Assembly: GCA_002269645.1 (NCBI GenBank)
Contig: NIVC01002492.1
Span: forward strand, 104,819 to 168,818
Reading direction: 5' to 3'
Length of the DNA: 64,000 nt
Source of the DNA: Macrostomum lignano
Lineage: Eukaryota
Under the pieces are notes generated by a model. The model was not told where the DNA came from. It saw nothing but the letters and a program-made list of their open reading frames with translations, and searched no databases. Numbering within the stretch: the first letter of the stretch is position 1; each line of letters opens with the position of its first letter. This document shows positions 44,318 to 57,617 of this stretch, one piece after another. A program made the translations under genes and the position numbers.

Positions 44318-46827
44318 ATTTATTTATTCAACTAGCTGTGACTACTTTGGCTAGACCACAAATAAATCGTATATTTTCTTTCTTTTCTAAATTTCAGTTT
44401 TAACAAATTTGCATTAATTCATTTAATTACATTAATAAACTGAAATTTTTCAAATGCGCAAAAGTTAGACACACTGAAAATTTGAAATTATCGACCGTAA
44501 CCGCAGCGGAATTTGTCTTCGCTTGGGGCGGTGTACATTATAAGCAGCTAAAGCCCACTATGAACATCCAACTTAGTGTTAGAGGAGCGAGTGTCCATTT
44601 AAGGATGTTCTGACCTATGTGCTTGCCTCTCAAACTTTGCCATCTAATTTTTTCTGTCCATACCTTCTTTATTGCATCATTATATTGACTTATTAGACTT
44701 CAAAAATTTTACCATCTTTCTGTGTAACTGCCTGAAGATGCCGATGGTTCGGCGAAAAAATGTCGGGCAAACATTAATAAACTGAAACTTGATACAGTTA
44801 AAGAAAGAAAACATGCAAATTTTTGTTTTTGCATTCATTCTCCTAACTTTTCTTAAAGACTGTACCCTTACCTCCACAAATAATTCCCGTTGTCTACACA
44901 ATCGTAAGTTAAGCTTTTAATGCAACTGGTATACTTACGAGTAGTGACGAATATTTTATTCATTTAGCAAACATTCAAGCAATATTTTTGTTTATTGTAA
45001 GTAAGAAAAAAGCATAAAAACGGGCAAATGTTTATAATACAGTGAAATTATCTTTACCGCAGAATAAAATAAAATTAGGCTCTTAAGTTATACTAGTCTG
45101 ACAAAGTCAGTTTAACTTGCTCATCTTACGCATGGTCTTTTTTCTGAGCTACGAGCGTACTGCACGCAGATTCCTCATTTCACGACGATACCAGTGGTGC
45201 AGCCGTAGGGGAGGGAAAGCTTAAAAAACTTGATTGAGCACCCGTGTGTGATGCAGCTCGAAGACAGGTTAGTGCTACTAATTGTGCCCGGAGGTGTTCC
45301 ATAAACCGAGCTGCCACACTGGCTGGATATGAAGCTTGGGGGCTATAAACGCGGCCTCCATCTTCATAAATGCATACGGGATGCAGGTGAGTAGGTTTTG
45401 TGCTTAATGTGAGCCTCTGAAGGTGCGGATGTTGTAAGCAAAGAGTTGCACAGCTGATAGTGAAGAACTCGGCTTTGCTTTAAGCACATACCCATCAACG
45501 TACTCAGCAGCTTTCAGCGAGGCATTTCCTGAACCCTGCAAGGAGTCCAGGGTGCTCCAGCTTTTCTTGGAGCAGCTGCAGCTGCTATGATGCCTGACGT
45601 GCTAAATTTCTTGAGTTTGATGGACCCGCTTTGGTAGTCATGCAGTCTTCGGCACAAGAGGGGGCAGGCTGCTGTGACGGCAGCCTCGCAGCTGTCCTCT
45701 TTGCAGTGACTACCAAAGCCTGCCGGACGTCGAGTCAGACTCGACCGGGCCGCTGGCAGCCACAGACTGCAGGGCACCTACGAAGGAGCTGAGCTCTGAC
45801 CTGTCGTTACAACCGTTGTGCCCGCGGATGGTGCAGAAAGGGTGCAGAAGGGAATCGTGCGATGCCCTTTGTTTTCTCAATGCAAATTCATACGCATTGC
45901 TGCATGACCAAGAGTCAAGTTACGTATTCGAGACAGCTGCACCACGAGTTAGATTGAAATATCTCAATATTTTTTATGGGAATGTAGTCTCGCTTTTAAT
46001 CGATTTTGTGAACTTACCTCAACGTGATCTGAGTGAGTCGGCGAGTACACACGTACGCTCGTAGTCAAAGCGGTAGTCTCGAATGAGCGCAGTGCACAAG
46101 TATTGAGCCATTCTGTTGCAACAAGTGGCATCAGAACTGTGGTCTATCGTGTGATCAGAGGATGTGTTGCAGACAGTTGAATTCGCAAAGCGTCTGAATG
46201 ACACTTTCGTCCTGCTGAACTCTGCGCATCTGTATGGCAAAGGCTTCCATCAACCGATTCACTGCGATACTCTATATCGGCGCAGATCGACCCGCGTCTG
46301 ACACATAGGCTGAAGACTTGGTGCGGAGCTGGTGCTTTCTTCCACTAAATGGGCACGCTGTTAGCCTACGATGGCTTTCAAAGAAGGGTGTGGCTCCTCT
46401 TTCTTTCTATTACCAAACAGCTGTGTGCACTGCGCTCATTCGGAACCACCGCTTTGACTAGGTGTGTACTCGCCGATTCACTCAAGATCACGTTGAGGTT
46501 AGTTCACAAAAGCTATTATAAAAGCGAGACTATATTTTCACAATTTATTATTGAGATATTTCACCTTAACTCATTGTGCAGCTGTCTCGAATACGTAACT
46601 TGACTCAATTGGTCATGCAGCAATGTGTATATGTATTTGCATCGAAAAAACAAAGGGCATCGCACGATTCTCCTCTTCAGAACCCTTTCTGCATTATCCG
46701 CGGGCACAATGGTTTTAACGACAGACCAGAGCTCAGCTAGCTCCTTCGTAGGTACTTACAATTGTGTAGACAACGTTAATTATTTGTGCTTTAGCCTGAG
46801 TAGTCACAGCTAGTTGAATAAATAAAT
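44318..46827. mobile_element. Putative old 2.5-kb TIR element
   Basis: 29-bp inverted repeat ATTTATTTATTCAACTAGCTGTGACTACT / AGTAGTCACAGCTAGTTGAATAAATAAAT; TSD not resolved. Confidence 0.5.
45781..46748. mobile_element. Foldback MITE with about 320-bp TIRs, mariner-like TA|CGAAGG ends
   Basis: 45781-46098 vs reverse complement of about 46423-46748; TA on both flanks. Confidence 0.82.
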
Positions 46828-47574
46828 ATTTCTTTTTACATTCATACTACCGAAGAATAATCGTTTTGCTAAATATACGAAGTAGTTAAGTGAACCATCT
46901 ATGGTATTTAGTATCTGTGATCTGGCTAGATGTGTAAAAGGAGTTTAAATAAAATTGACTAAATTTCGGCTGCCATAAGATCGCTCCACATCAAGCGATT
47001 GACTTCAAAGTTGACACAATTAATTCATCATTGACTCATTCTATGTCTAAATGTTAAGTCTCAACCCTGTAACTCAATCAGAACAGAAACTGTAAGCATG
47101 CAAAGTTTGTCTGCTTTTTCTTGGGCCGTTCTCACTTACTCATTCCCCCCAGAACAGAGGGTAAGGCCAGTGTAGCAAAAATGTAGCAAAAATAGCAATG
47201 TACAGTGACTTGGAATTTTACTTCGACTTTATTTTACGCCCCATGGTCTCCAGTGGTCCAAAAGGCTTGGTTAGAATTTCTCACCAAACTGTTCTAAGGT
47301 TGACTGAATAGCTAGCAGTTTACGAACTGACAGTTTAACAGTGGCCGGATGAGCAAGACAGAATCAATAAGACGGCCATGGATTGTACAAGCTAAAAGCG
47401 AAAAATCTATGAAATAGTAATACAGTACTACTTTTAGTCATGCAAAATAAAAATTATAACACTTTAATTTTAAAATTTAATTTTAAAATTTAAAATTTAT
47501 ATTTAAATTATATTTTATATTTTATATTTTAAAATTATAAGACTTTAAGCTTTAAAGGTTCCTAAATTGGTTCC

Positions 47575-47820
47575 TAGAGAGGGAAGAGAGGAGAGAAGGG
47601 GGAGAGAAGAGGGCAAAGATTGGAGAAAGGGGAGAGAGAAGAGAGGGGAGTAAGAGAAGGAGAGAGAAAATAGAGAGGAAACATCGGAGAGAGAGAATAT
47701 AGAGAGGAGAGAGGAGAGAGAAGAGGAGGAGAGATAGAATAGAAAGAATAGAGGAGAGAGGAAAGATAAGAAAGCAGAGAGAAGAGAGGAGAGAGAATAG
47801 AGCGGAGTAGAGATGAGAAA
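47575..47820. repeat. GA-rich low-complexity tract
   Basis: Almost pure purine on the + strand. Confidence 0.85.
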
Positions 47821-48501
47821 ATAAAGTAAAGCTGTCTGTCATTCCATTTCACGTGGCACCCCAACCAATGAGATCAATGCTTGCACAAAAAACAAACCAC
47901 AAAAAACAGAGCTAAATTAAACACAAATTTACACCAATGTATGTTTATCTATATCCTAACTATTAACAATATTTTGTTTGAGTATGACTTCAGATGCAAA
48001 AATACGAGTAGTTTCAGGGATTAGTATTCAGCGGGTTCAAAATACACAGGTTTAACAACTTGTGTAATATATACAGCTTCTATAAGGTTTGGCCATAGAA
48101 CAATGCTTTTAAACGAGCCTCGTACTTTCTCACCATGAATTGCTAGACTCCCGTCCTGAGTGATTGATTAAGTTGTCCTTGATAAACGAAATTATGAGTT
48201 TGTCTATTGAACAATACAATGTTCTAAGCTGTTTAAAACCCTGGTTTTCGTTGTTCAAATTTAACTGGTATATTTAATTCGTATAAGGGACTGTACGCTC
48301 GTAAGGTATTGAAAATTTCAGTTTCGAAATATTCGCAGCATATCATGAAGAAGAATGATTAAGCATACAGATTAAACACACAAATGTACGTAACGTATCG
48401 TCCTATAGGTAATAGTGCACTCGGACATGTAGATATTATTATACATGCATACTTGACAGACAGTAAGAAATTTTCTTTCCGCTTTCCAGTGTTTTCTGCT
48501 C

Positions 48502-51500
48502 TCAGTTATTTTGCGGCACAGCATGGGCCACTTGCGACTGAATGCTTGACCGCTTTGAGGCCTTGAATGTAAATGCAGTGTAAAATACCAGCGCAACCAA
48601 GTGCGGAAGGAAGTACACAGACCTGTAGAGAAATAGGGAATTGAAAAAATGAATGGATGACTTCATTTCCAAGATGTGAAATTTTACAAGATTACAAGAT
48701 TGATAGCTGAAAACATTTCAAAGCTAACCTCCAGAAGGCCCAGCTTTTTGACAGCTCCAGCAATGCAAAGGCGCCAGCGCAGCAGTTCAGAGTGGTCATA
48801 GCAGCAACTCCGGTCGCTATGTCGTATGCCTTCCGAAGGGGCTCAGACTGCTGAAAATGCGGCCGCACGACTCGCCGGGCCTGGCAGCGCGAGTAATGAG
48901 GCGCATTGGTAAATGTTTATTCTGTCAAATATATGAGTACCAGAGAAAGAAAGATAGCTATTGCTACAGTCAAGGACCACATTTTACAATCAGGAGCCAT
49001 GAGACTCAACACTTGCAAGCTTTTGAGGTAGCAAACATTTCGGTTTCGGCAATTTTTTCGGCAAACATTTCGGTTAGTCTTACAAAAGATGCAAAAGGAG
49101 TAGCGAGAGACCTACATGTACTTACTTATTAAGTCCCTTTGCAATCTGCAAAGCATGATCACAAAAACTTTCCTCAGTTACCGGCATTCTTTTAGCCATG
49201 AGGAGAGAATGCCAACTAAGGGTTTTAGAATTTCTAATATAAAAAGTAGATATTACGATCGTAAGTGCACATAAAGTACACATACGCTCGTATACGTGTA
49301 TAAAATTTCTGAGTTTCAGATACCAGATACCAGATGCCCATTTATATATTTCTCGCTTTTGAAGGGAAGTACCCACTTTTAGCTTTTTCATGAACATAAT
49401 TTAATTAGCTTTTAACTAATCAATTAGGAATTTAAAGACTAAATCATTATACCCAAGAAATTACAAAACCCAATGTAATACTGCCTTCTTAAAGTAGCGA
49501 AGTGCATGATGAAATGGGTCGGGCCAATCTTTGATCAACTGACTGCCATATTTTACTTGAGTTCACCTCGTACTTTACCAGTGTAAGCAAACTAATATTT
49601 TTCGTACGCACACTCAAGGCCTGATTGTCTGATTTGTACTGCGGTACGCTCGTATCTTGCGAAACCGAACTCAAGTACCTGAAACAGCTGATTATGCATT
49701 GCTAAGAGCTGCCTTACCATGCGAGCAACCTGAGTGAAGCCCGCGAGCGAGATAAACATGAGATAGTAGCCTGGATAAAAGCCGTGCCTGGCGGCGGACG
49801 CGAAGAAAACGGCGAGGGTGGCGTGCTTGCCAGGCACCCGTTCATAGATGCACTCGCGCAGCCAGTTTACCGTGCTGATGTTCCAGAAGTCAATGCACAA
49901 TTTCAGCGAGGTACCAAACTGTGGGTTGTGATTCTTAATATTTAGTGGTGATAATATCCTATTTATGTTGAAAACATTTTTATACATGTTTATACATACA
50001 ACGAAAGCTAAGAAGGCATTCATCAATATAAGACTCGGATATACAGGAAAGCTGTAGTATGGGCGGTATAGCAAACAACAATATCGAACTTTAGTTCGCG
50101 GGACGGCTCACCTCAGCGTGAAAAAACTCAAAGTTTTGCGCCAGTTTGTACTCGGGCTTTCGAGAAATCTTTTCGATGCCACTGAAGCCGAAGCCTGAGC
50201 ACAGGTAACCCAGCTCCCCTAGTAATTTGCGGGGTTCGTCACGCACAAGTTTTATATTCGAATTTGGTTCCTGTGAATCTTTGGTTCTTATATATTTAAA
50301 AACAAATACAGACACTAAAAATAATAAATAAAGCATTGCTGATACTCGATAATTCTCACCGAGACTCCAGGCAAAGTAATACTTCTGCCTCAGAACAAAG
50401 CACGCCACCATGAGGTAGAGCCATTTACCCAATAGCAAATAAGACGCGTAGCCTTCATCTGAGTAAGCGGGGAGTTATCAGAAAAATCGTATGAAGTCAT
50501 TAAAATGCGGAATACTTGCTGGAGGGTTGGATACGAGTATGAACAGAACAATAAATTACTGCAAGCATAATTCAGTACACACTCTAAGATCTGTACATGT
50601 ACGTCAGATTCACACGATTTAAGTGTAATTTAAATTTGCACCAGCACCAGAAGAAACCAAAAAATAATTATTAATATAAATAGGACTTTTTATTAATCTC
50701 TGCTATACTTTCTGTAGGTTTAGTGGGAGAGAATGTTTGGCCGACTAATTTATTTTCCGGTAAGTAGAATAAAAATTATAAATCTAATAATTATAAAATT
50801 ATAAAACTTAAATAATTGGTCAAAAGATATAAAAATGTCTCAATATTGCACTGGGACCAAAAATATAAAGATGGCCCCAAATTAGCTGCCACAGTTTGAC
50901 TGCCAGCCATTTGACTGCCAGCCATTTGACTGCCAGCCATTTGACTGCCAGCCATTTGACTGCCAGCCATTTGACTGCCAGCCATTTGACTGCCAGCCAT
51001 TTGACTGCCAGCCATTTGACTGCCAGCCATTTGACTGCCAGCCATTTGACTGCCAGCCATTTGACTGCCAGCCAAAACGCGGCAGTGGCAGTCAAATTGG
51101 GGCAGTCAAATGTCGTGGACTCACGCCACGCGGCAGTGGCAGTCAAATTGGGGCAGTCAAATGTCGTGGACCCACGCCACGCGGCAGTGAGCCGCGAAAC
51201 GCGGACTTAGAGAAAAGTCATTTGCGATGTAGAAAAAATTGTAAGTCTTGAAAGCTGTTTGGCGTGAACTTATTGATTTAGGAGGGAACAACCACCACCT
51301 CAGCCTAGGCTAACTTTTCTTCTTGTATGCCGAATACTTGCGAGGCCCTTGTACATTTAGCCTTTTTATTCAAAAGCAAGAATAAATTGGGCTTACCAGC
51401 CAGAAACTCCATGGGAAACGCTTTTGGAAGGAGCAATGAAACGATTCCAAAAAAACAAAGCCATCTGATTACAACGCTGATTCTCCCACGACCCTGCCGA

Positions 51501-53122
51501 TGGTTTGACAGAGATGGACTCTGAAATTTATGGTACTAGGGCTTGATTAATGACTAACTCCTGTTTCGCGGTCTAAGAATTATGCAAGGATTCTTCATTT
51601 AAAGTATTCATTCTGGTTTTTGGCTATACTGAAGTCATACTGTTAATTGTGACTTGACTAACTGGTAAATTTTTTTCAAAAAGCTTCTCTAGCGAACTTG
51701 CTTGAGAATTTTTACTCGCAGAATAAACAGCAATGAAAGAATGCAGTGCGCATTTTCGAAGTCCAATGCTTACAGATACTCCTTCAGGTATGATTTCCAT
51801 GCCTTCTATGTAGCGCTGAAAGTCCGAATAGAACACAAATGGTCCAACAAGAATACCCTGGTAGTGCATAATGTATGAGTAAAATTGCAATGGACTTGGC
51901 AATTCCCTAAAATATGAATAATTGAATTGAAACGATGAAAAAAGCAATAAAAAGCAATTGCTACTACTACGTGTCTTTTTGTGAATCCGTTTTTACCTGA
52001 CATTGTGTAAACGTTGGCGCTCTGTGAGAGCTGCCTTCTGATTATCACCACCAGTTCGCAAAATCAGCCCGTCATGCAGATTGAAGGCCAGAGCGGAGAG
52101 ACGCTGCGTGCTTATCATGAGGGGGCTGTAGAGAAAGAACTGCTTTAGTAGAAGTGATTTGGTCTCTACCAGGAAACCAAAAATGAACTCACCCGGTGAT
52201 GTCTAATGTATAACCGCCATAGTCATAGTACTGCCTTAAAATATGGCAGACTGACAAGTAAAGAATTGCGAATCCACTGATAATAAATCTGGCCGTTCTC
52301 GGGTCAGCAAATTTCATCAGCAGATAGCACACCAATGATTGGAAAATCAGATGGAAAATTTGGCTAAAATAAAAATGTAGGCAAAACAGTAGCAGCAAGA
52401 AAATCGAAGGACACGGTTGTTGAATAAAATATTATTGAAGCTTACTGGCCAAAGCAAAAAAGGCAAATAGCAGTACCAATCAATCCCGTAAACGCATATC
52501 TGTGGTAGTTTGAAGCACCAGCGCTTGCAGGAAAGTGTCTTTGAAATGGATGACCAATAGCTGCAGCAAATACCTGACAGGTAATGAAGTTTAGCTGAAA
52601 TAATAAAAGCATAAAGTTTCATACCTGTTTTAAATGTACATTTTTAGTTAGTTAATATTCAAGACCTAAAGTCGAATATAATATAGCTTTTTATTTTTTG
52701 TAGTCGAAGATTATGAATTTAGAATTCATAAAATAAAAAATGCATAAAAGAATAATTTCTATATGGATTAGAGAATACTTAAAAAAATAGATAGTCACTA
52801 GAGATATTTTGCTGTTGTTTCGTAATTTTTTTACAAAAAAAAATTATATATGTGCAAATATGTGTAAACGATAAATGTTTTTGTATGTTGGGGGGATTAG
52901 TGATCACCAATGGTGATTAGTAATTAGTGATTAGTATTGGTAATGATTTTAGTGATTGGTAAGCTGCAGTAGAAATAAAGTTGAGTCTGTGCAGCCTAAT
53001 TAAAATAATAAATAAAACTTGTAAGTTCTACCCTTCAGAAAGCGGCCTACCTTGTCAACCGACAGTCCAGTTAAAGTCGCGAAGGGAGACAATATGTAGC
53101 TTCCTGCATAGAACTGAGACAT
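48502..53122 (-). CDS. MBOAT1/2: MBOAT1/2-like lysophospholipid acyltransferase (Oysgedart-like), multi-exon
   Basis: Start MSQFYAGSYILSPFATLTGLSVDK; exons LNFITCQ...LFCFG, YGGYTLDITG, PLMISTQRLSALAFNLHDG, PSPLQFYSY...LVGP, KYYFAWSL, WNIST.NWLR..IYER, HGFYPGYY, RRVVRPHF, SVYFLPHL; stop at 48502-04. Confidence 0.9.
50895..51074. repeat. 15-bp tandem repeat (TTTGACTGCCAGCCA)12 in an MBOAT intron
   Basis: Perfect array, followed by a duplicated block of about 57 bp containing the inverted motif GGCAGTCAAA. Confidence 0.93.
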
Positions 53123-54035
53123 TGTAAAACAGTTATTTTGCCAATAAAAAAACTGCAATCGCTTAAAGGGTATCTAGAAACATAACTAATAAAACAGTCG
53201 AAGAAGTTTTTAGGCAACCAGTGTCAGAGGCTTAGCTCACTGCCTATACATGCAATGTTCTAATGCTTTTTGACTCTTTGATCCGCAAGAAAACTATTTT
53301 ATCTTAAAATATTAAACCACTAAAAAGACGCTAGTTTGTTATCAGCTAAAGCCAGAACTTGTCAGGAAATTTTTTTAAAATTTATTTACCTTATTTACTT
53401 TTTATTTACAAAAAATAAAACCTTTGGCCCTGTCCCATAATTAGTCTTACGGATTTGTTATACCTTTTATGTTCAAAACCACGTAAAACGCAGTTGATTT
53501 AAGCGTATATTATTCGTGATAGTTTCTCATGTCAGACAGAAAAAGACACAAAGAGCCACAAAGAGGCTTGCGTTTATTTAAAAAATAGTTTAATTTTAAT
53601 AACAAAGTGCTGAAAATAGAAACACCACTACGTATATAGCTACACGAACAGCATAGTTTAGTGTTTTATTCATATAGCTCGTACAACATGCACATGTATA
53701 CATGTAACTGGTTTGTTTATACCGGTAGAGATCTCCCAGACTGTTTTTTTTCGATTTATATGAGAAAGTTTTCTGAGAAAGATCAATGTTCTACATGTAC
53801 ATGTAGCTCAACAACAGATTACAATGCCCAAAAAACAATTAGCCTGCATCCGCACGCTATCCGCACGTAGACAAGCACTTGGAAAATGCTTTGAACCCTC
53901 TGTTGCATACATAAAGTGTCTAAATCTTTGCAAAATATCCAGGTTTTTAGCTGTCGCAAACATTTTAATTTTTTATGAGGATGGCATGCGGCCATGCAGA
54001 TTTACGGGAGTGAATACAACAGAATACGCAGGTTA

Positions 54036-55017
54036 GCGTCACAGGGGCGCTTCAGGGCCAGGTCGCGAATGAATGCCACGCCGCCGGCCGAATCCGGGGC
54101 GCCGGCGTCAGCCAGCAGGCAAAATCCAGGGTGCCTGCAGCGTTAGTAGCAGCACCTTCTGCACCGGCTCGGGCAGTACGACTCGGCGCGAATGATGTGG
54201 CTGTCAGCTGGAGTCGTCGACGGCGCAGCACGTCGCTTGAACGGACCAGGCTGGCGCGGTGATACAAAGCCGCGTTGGCCACTCGCTCGTAGCCGATCTA
54301 GCTTGAAGGCGGCGCGCAGCAGGCCAACGTGTGCAGCATCAACTTGTTTCTCGAGCGACTCCGTCAGCGTCCAGGTCTTGGCGTTGTACAGCAGGACGGT
54401 CTCGATCACCGCCTGGAACAACGCCGCCCTCTGGCAGTCAGGTAGGGCCTCAGACTGCAAGACTGCCCTCACAGAACGAAAGGCAGCCCAGACAAGCCCG
54501 CGGCGACGCTGCAAATCCTCGCAAACTGCAGACAACGCGGAAACTCTGTCGCCTGTCCATCAGCGCCTCGGCACAAGATCGCAGCCTCGACCTCGTACGG
54601 CACGCAGAGCACGACGGTCAAGCGTGTTGACAACCAAGCCGACACTCACTGTAACAGCAACTAGTTTGTATAGTTATCTCTCTGAACGTCCGGCGAAAGC
54701 AGCAGCTTTCGTATCGCGGTACATCGCCATGACGACGGAAATCAGCTGCTCTGGCACGTTGTACGCACGAAGCACCATTGGGAGCACGGCCCTCACGACC
54801 GAGTCGAAAGCCTTCTTGAAATCTGTGAAGATAACAATCTGTGAAGGTATCGACTGATGTGTCCGCGCTTCCTCGATGACTTGGCGAAGAACTAGGATCT
54901 GCTTCACTGTGCCGCGATGGGGCCGGAAGCCGTTCTGCTCATGGCGCAGGTAGTGATCCAACACGGGTTGCAATCGCGATAACAGCATCCGGTTGAACAA
55001 CTTCCCAGCGCAGGACT
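54036..55017 (-). mobile_element. 5'-truncated degenerate RTE-type LINE
   Basis: RLQPVLDHYLRHEQNGFRPHRGT, DFKKAFDSV, DLQRRRG..WAAF, ETVLLYNA.TWTL, RRRLQL. Confidence 0.82.
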
Positions 55018-55143
55018 GAAGGCAGCGTTTCTCTATGTAGCTAGCTAGTAGGCCATAAAGCCATAGTGGTTCTTATTATCTAAGGATGTCAAGCTTTCAT
55101 CGAATGCAACGGACGTGTTTATCTGTATACATGTAAGTCAGAG

Positions 55144-55437
55144 ACTTAAACTAGGGACGGGAAACTGGCCAAATCATGCAGAAAATAGTTGGATGCTGGT
55201 TTTTTCTAGTGCTCCCTAGAACTTATCATTGAACGTAGAAGGCTGGTTTTTTTCGCCCTCCTGTACCGCTCCTCTCAAAAAAAGCTTGACAAAAACTAAG
55301 TTGTGCATCTTGTAGAGAGATGAATTCTGTACAGGATGGCTTAAAAACAGCCTTCTACGTTCAATAATAAATTCTGAGGAGCGCTAGAAAAACCAGCCTC
55401 CAACTATTTTTGCATGATTCCCGTCCCTGGTTTAAGT
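55144..55437. mobile_element. Palindromic MITE
   Basis: ACTTAAACTAGGGACGGGA... vs ...TTCCCGTCCCTGGTTTAAGT; arms over 100 bp. Confidence 0.7.
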
Positions 55438-55539
55438 AGTCCCTGATGTAAGTCTATAGTTAAGTTACATATGTTGGTTTACTTGTCACTCGCCTTGACA
55501 GTGAGAAACCTTAGCTGCTGAGCATCTTCAGTTAGTCTC

Positions 55540-56143
55540 CTAAGCATCCGGTCGTCACCTAGGCGCCGCGAGTCTTTCAATGGGCGACATCAGATGATCA
55601 TGCATGGACACACTATGTCAGCTTTTTTTGTTAAGCTCCAGTAAAGGGCGACAGCTGCCGTCTGGACATCCTCAGCTAGACTCTCAAACGTTCCTTCATC
55701 ACCCCTACGCCGTCGGCTCCTTCAACAAGATGGAGCTTCATCATCCTTTACATTTTAAAGCTCCTAAAATTATTTTGCACATTATTTTACTGTATTTTTA
55801 CATGCTTTTAAGGTATTTCTACTCACTGGCTATTACTTGTACTTGTTTTATTGGCAAGTTGTTTATTTTACTTGCCTGTTGAAACTCGAGAAACTCCGCT
55901 TGGGTGAAAGCCAGTAAGTAACCAACGAAGTCAGCGCTGATGCAAACACATGTGGATGACATCCTGATGAAATATGGTGGCTTGGAAAGGCCGCACTGCT
56001 GATTGACTGGTGACTTAGTTCTTGTTTGAGAAGGTGCGCAACAAAAAGTTGTAGCCCGGCGCAACAAAAATTTTCTGGGGAATCCCCCCCCGGTAGTTCC
56101 ACTATGGTATTCGACTAAAATGGCTTCATTCGTATTCCTACTG
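55540..56143. mobile_element. Old relic of the CAGTA piggyBac family
   Basis: Diverged 151-bp unit, TTCTTGTTTGAGAAGGTGCGCAACAAAAAGTT, end GTATTCCTACTG|TTAA; left boundary approximate. Confidence 0.75.
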
Positions 56144-56781
56144 TTAATTCCTTATTTTTAACAGTAATCACAATTAACTACGTACTTTGCATGTATTTTA
56201 ATGCATACATACATGTACATGTAGCTATACAGTTTTGATCAAATTTCAGGTAATGGGGCCGGGTATCGCACCATTCGCTCTTTTAGAGGACATTTCGAGC
56301 ATGCACTCGCTACGTCGCTTAAATAGTGATGAAAATGCGAGACAAATTTTCCGCGTGTTGCATAGCTAGCAAGCCAGTGCGCAGCTATAAATAAACTTGT
56401 GCGAGTACTTTTGTTTATTTTGATTATTCAAGTTGCCGGAGAGTATACTGTTGAGACTTTTAGATTCTAAATGAACGAAAAAATCGCTGTATAAAAGTTT
56501 ATTAAGCGATTTTTTTTATATGGACGCGAATTTTCGGAACTTAAAAATGGAAGCGAATAAGCAAACAGTGCTACTTTTTCTGGATTTAGCTAGAAAATTT
56601 AAGGAAGTGCGAAATAAAAGAATTACTTGTAGGTGCCTTGATGACTTGCTACAGAATATAGTACTACAACTATATATCTTAGAGTAAGCGCGAATATACT
56701 TCGGACTGTCAGGATTACATGAATTAAGTCAGACTCCACTCATAAAAATGAAGTGCAGGTCATTATCGAAATAGCCGACAC

Positions 56782-57617
56782 TCAATCCACAATCATGCGT
56801 CCTTTGCCGAAGTTCATTCCGGCCTGACTGGCACCCTTGTTGAAGCCCGCCTGCAGCCCAATAACCGACTTGCTGGCGTTTATCTGATCCTCGCTGAACT
56901 CCCGTTTGTTCTCCTCTGAAAGCTTTGGCCCCAGCACCGGGCCGGTGAATTCTGGGTGCACCTGGCACTGAAAATTATTACTTCAATGCGTTAGTGAGCC
57001 ACTCAGTCCGTTTTCAGACAATATCTCATAGTTATACTGTGGCTTAATTGTGACTCACCGTGCGGCCCAGAGCGAACAGGCACTGGGTAACCTGGCTGAT
57101 GTCCTTCTTTTCGTACAGATCCACGGTCTGGAAAACATCAGTCGTGGGGACGCCGTAGGCCTTAATAGCATTCTGGAACGCATTGATGTTCTCCATTATC
57201 TTGAAGGGCATGCTGTTGGCTTCATTAATCTTCTTCACGCTGCCCGGCTTGATCTTGTTCATCAGCTTGCACAGCACGATGCCTGGAATCTCGTAAATGG
57301 TTTTTTATATTAAATAAAACAATTTTTTAATACACGTGTAAATTTCACTTCTCCAATATCTCACCATTCTGTAGGATATTCTCATAGCCCTTATCTCTCT
57401 CTAGCTTCTCGCCAATAATAGCCTCAATCCAGTCGAGCACTTCAGCCTCCTGTCCTGGATCGCGCTTTCCATCAAGCTGCGGGGTGAACACATTCCCTTA
57501 AAAAAATTACTTTATGTATATGTAAGTCAGTGAGCATAATAAAAATGAAAACCCTGTGTTACAAACCTTTTTTTTGATCTGGGCGCTCAAGCCGTAAGCA
57601 AGACCCTGGTTTGACAT
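56782..57617 (-). CDS. Myophilin / muscle protein 20 (calponin-transgelin family), 190 aa
   Basis: Exons 57617-57567 (MSNQGLAYGLSAQIKKK), 57476-57365, 57282-57059 (CH domain, DVFQTVDLYEKKD), 56967-56782 (calponin repeat IGLQAGFNKGASQAGM); GT-AG, in phase. Confidence 0.95.

Noticed and set aside
47552-47864. Hydrophobic Leu/Ser/Phe-rich ORFs
   Set aside because: Translation of the GA-rich low-complexity tract
50791-51210. ORFs (MAGSQ)n, (WLAVK)n, (TASHL)n
   Set aside because: Translations of the 15-bp tandem repeat inside an intron
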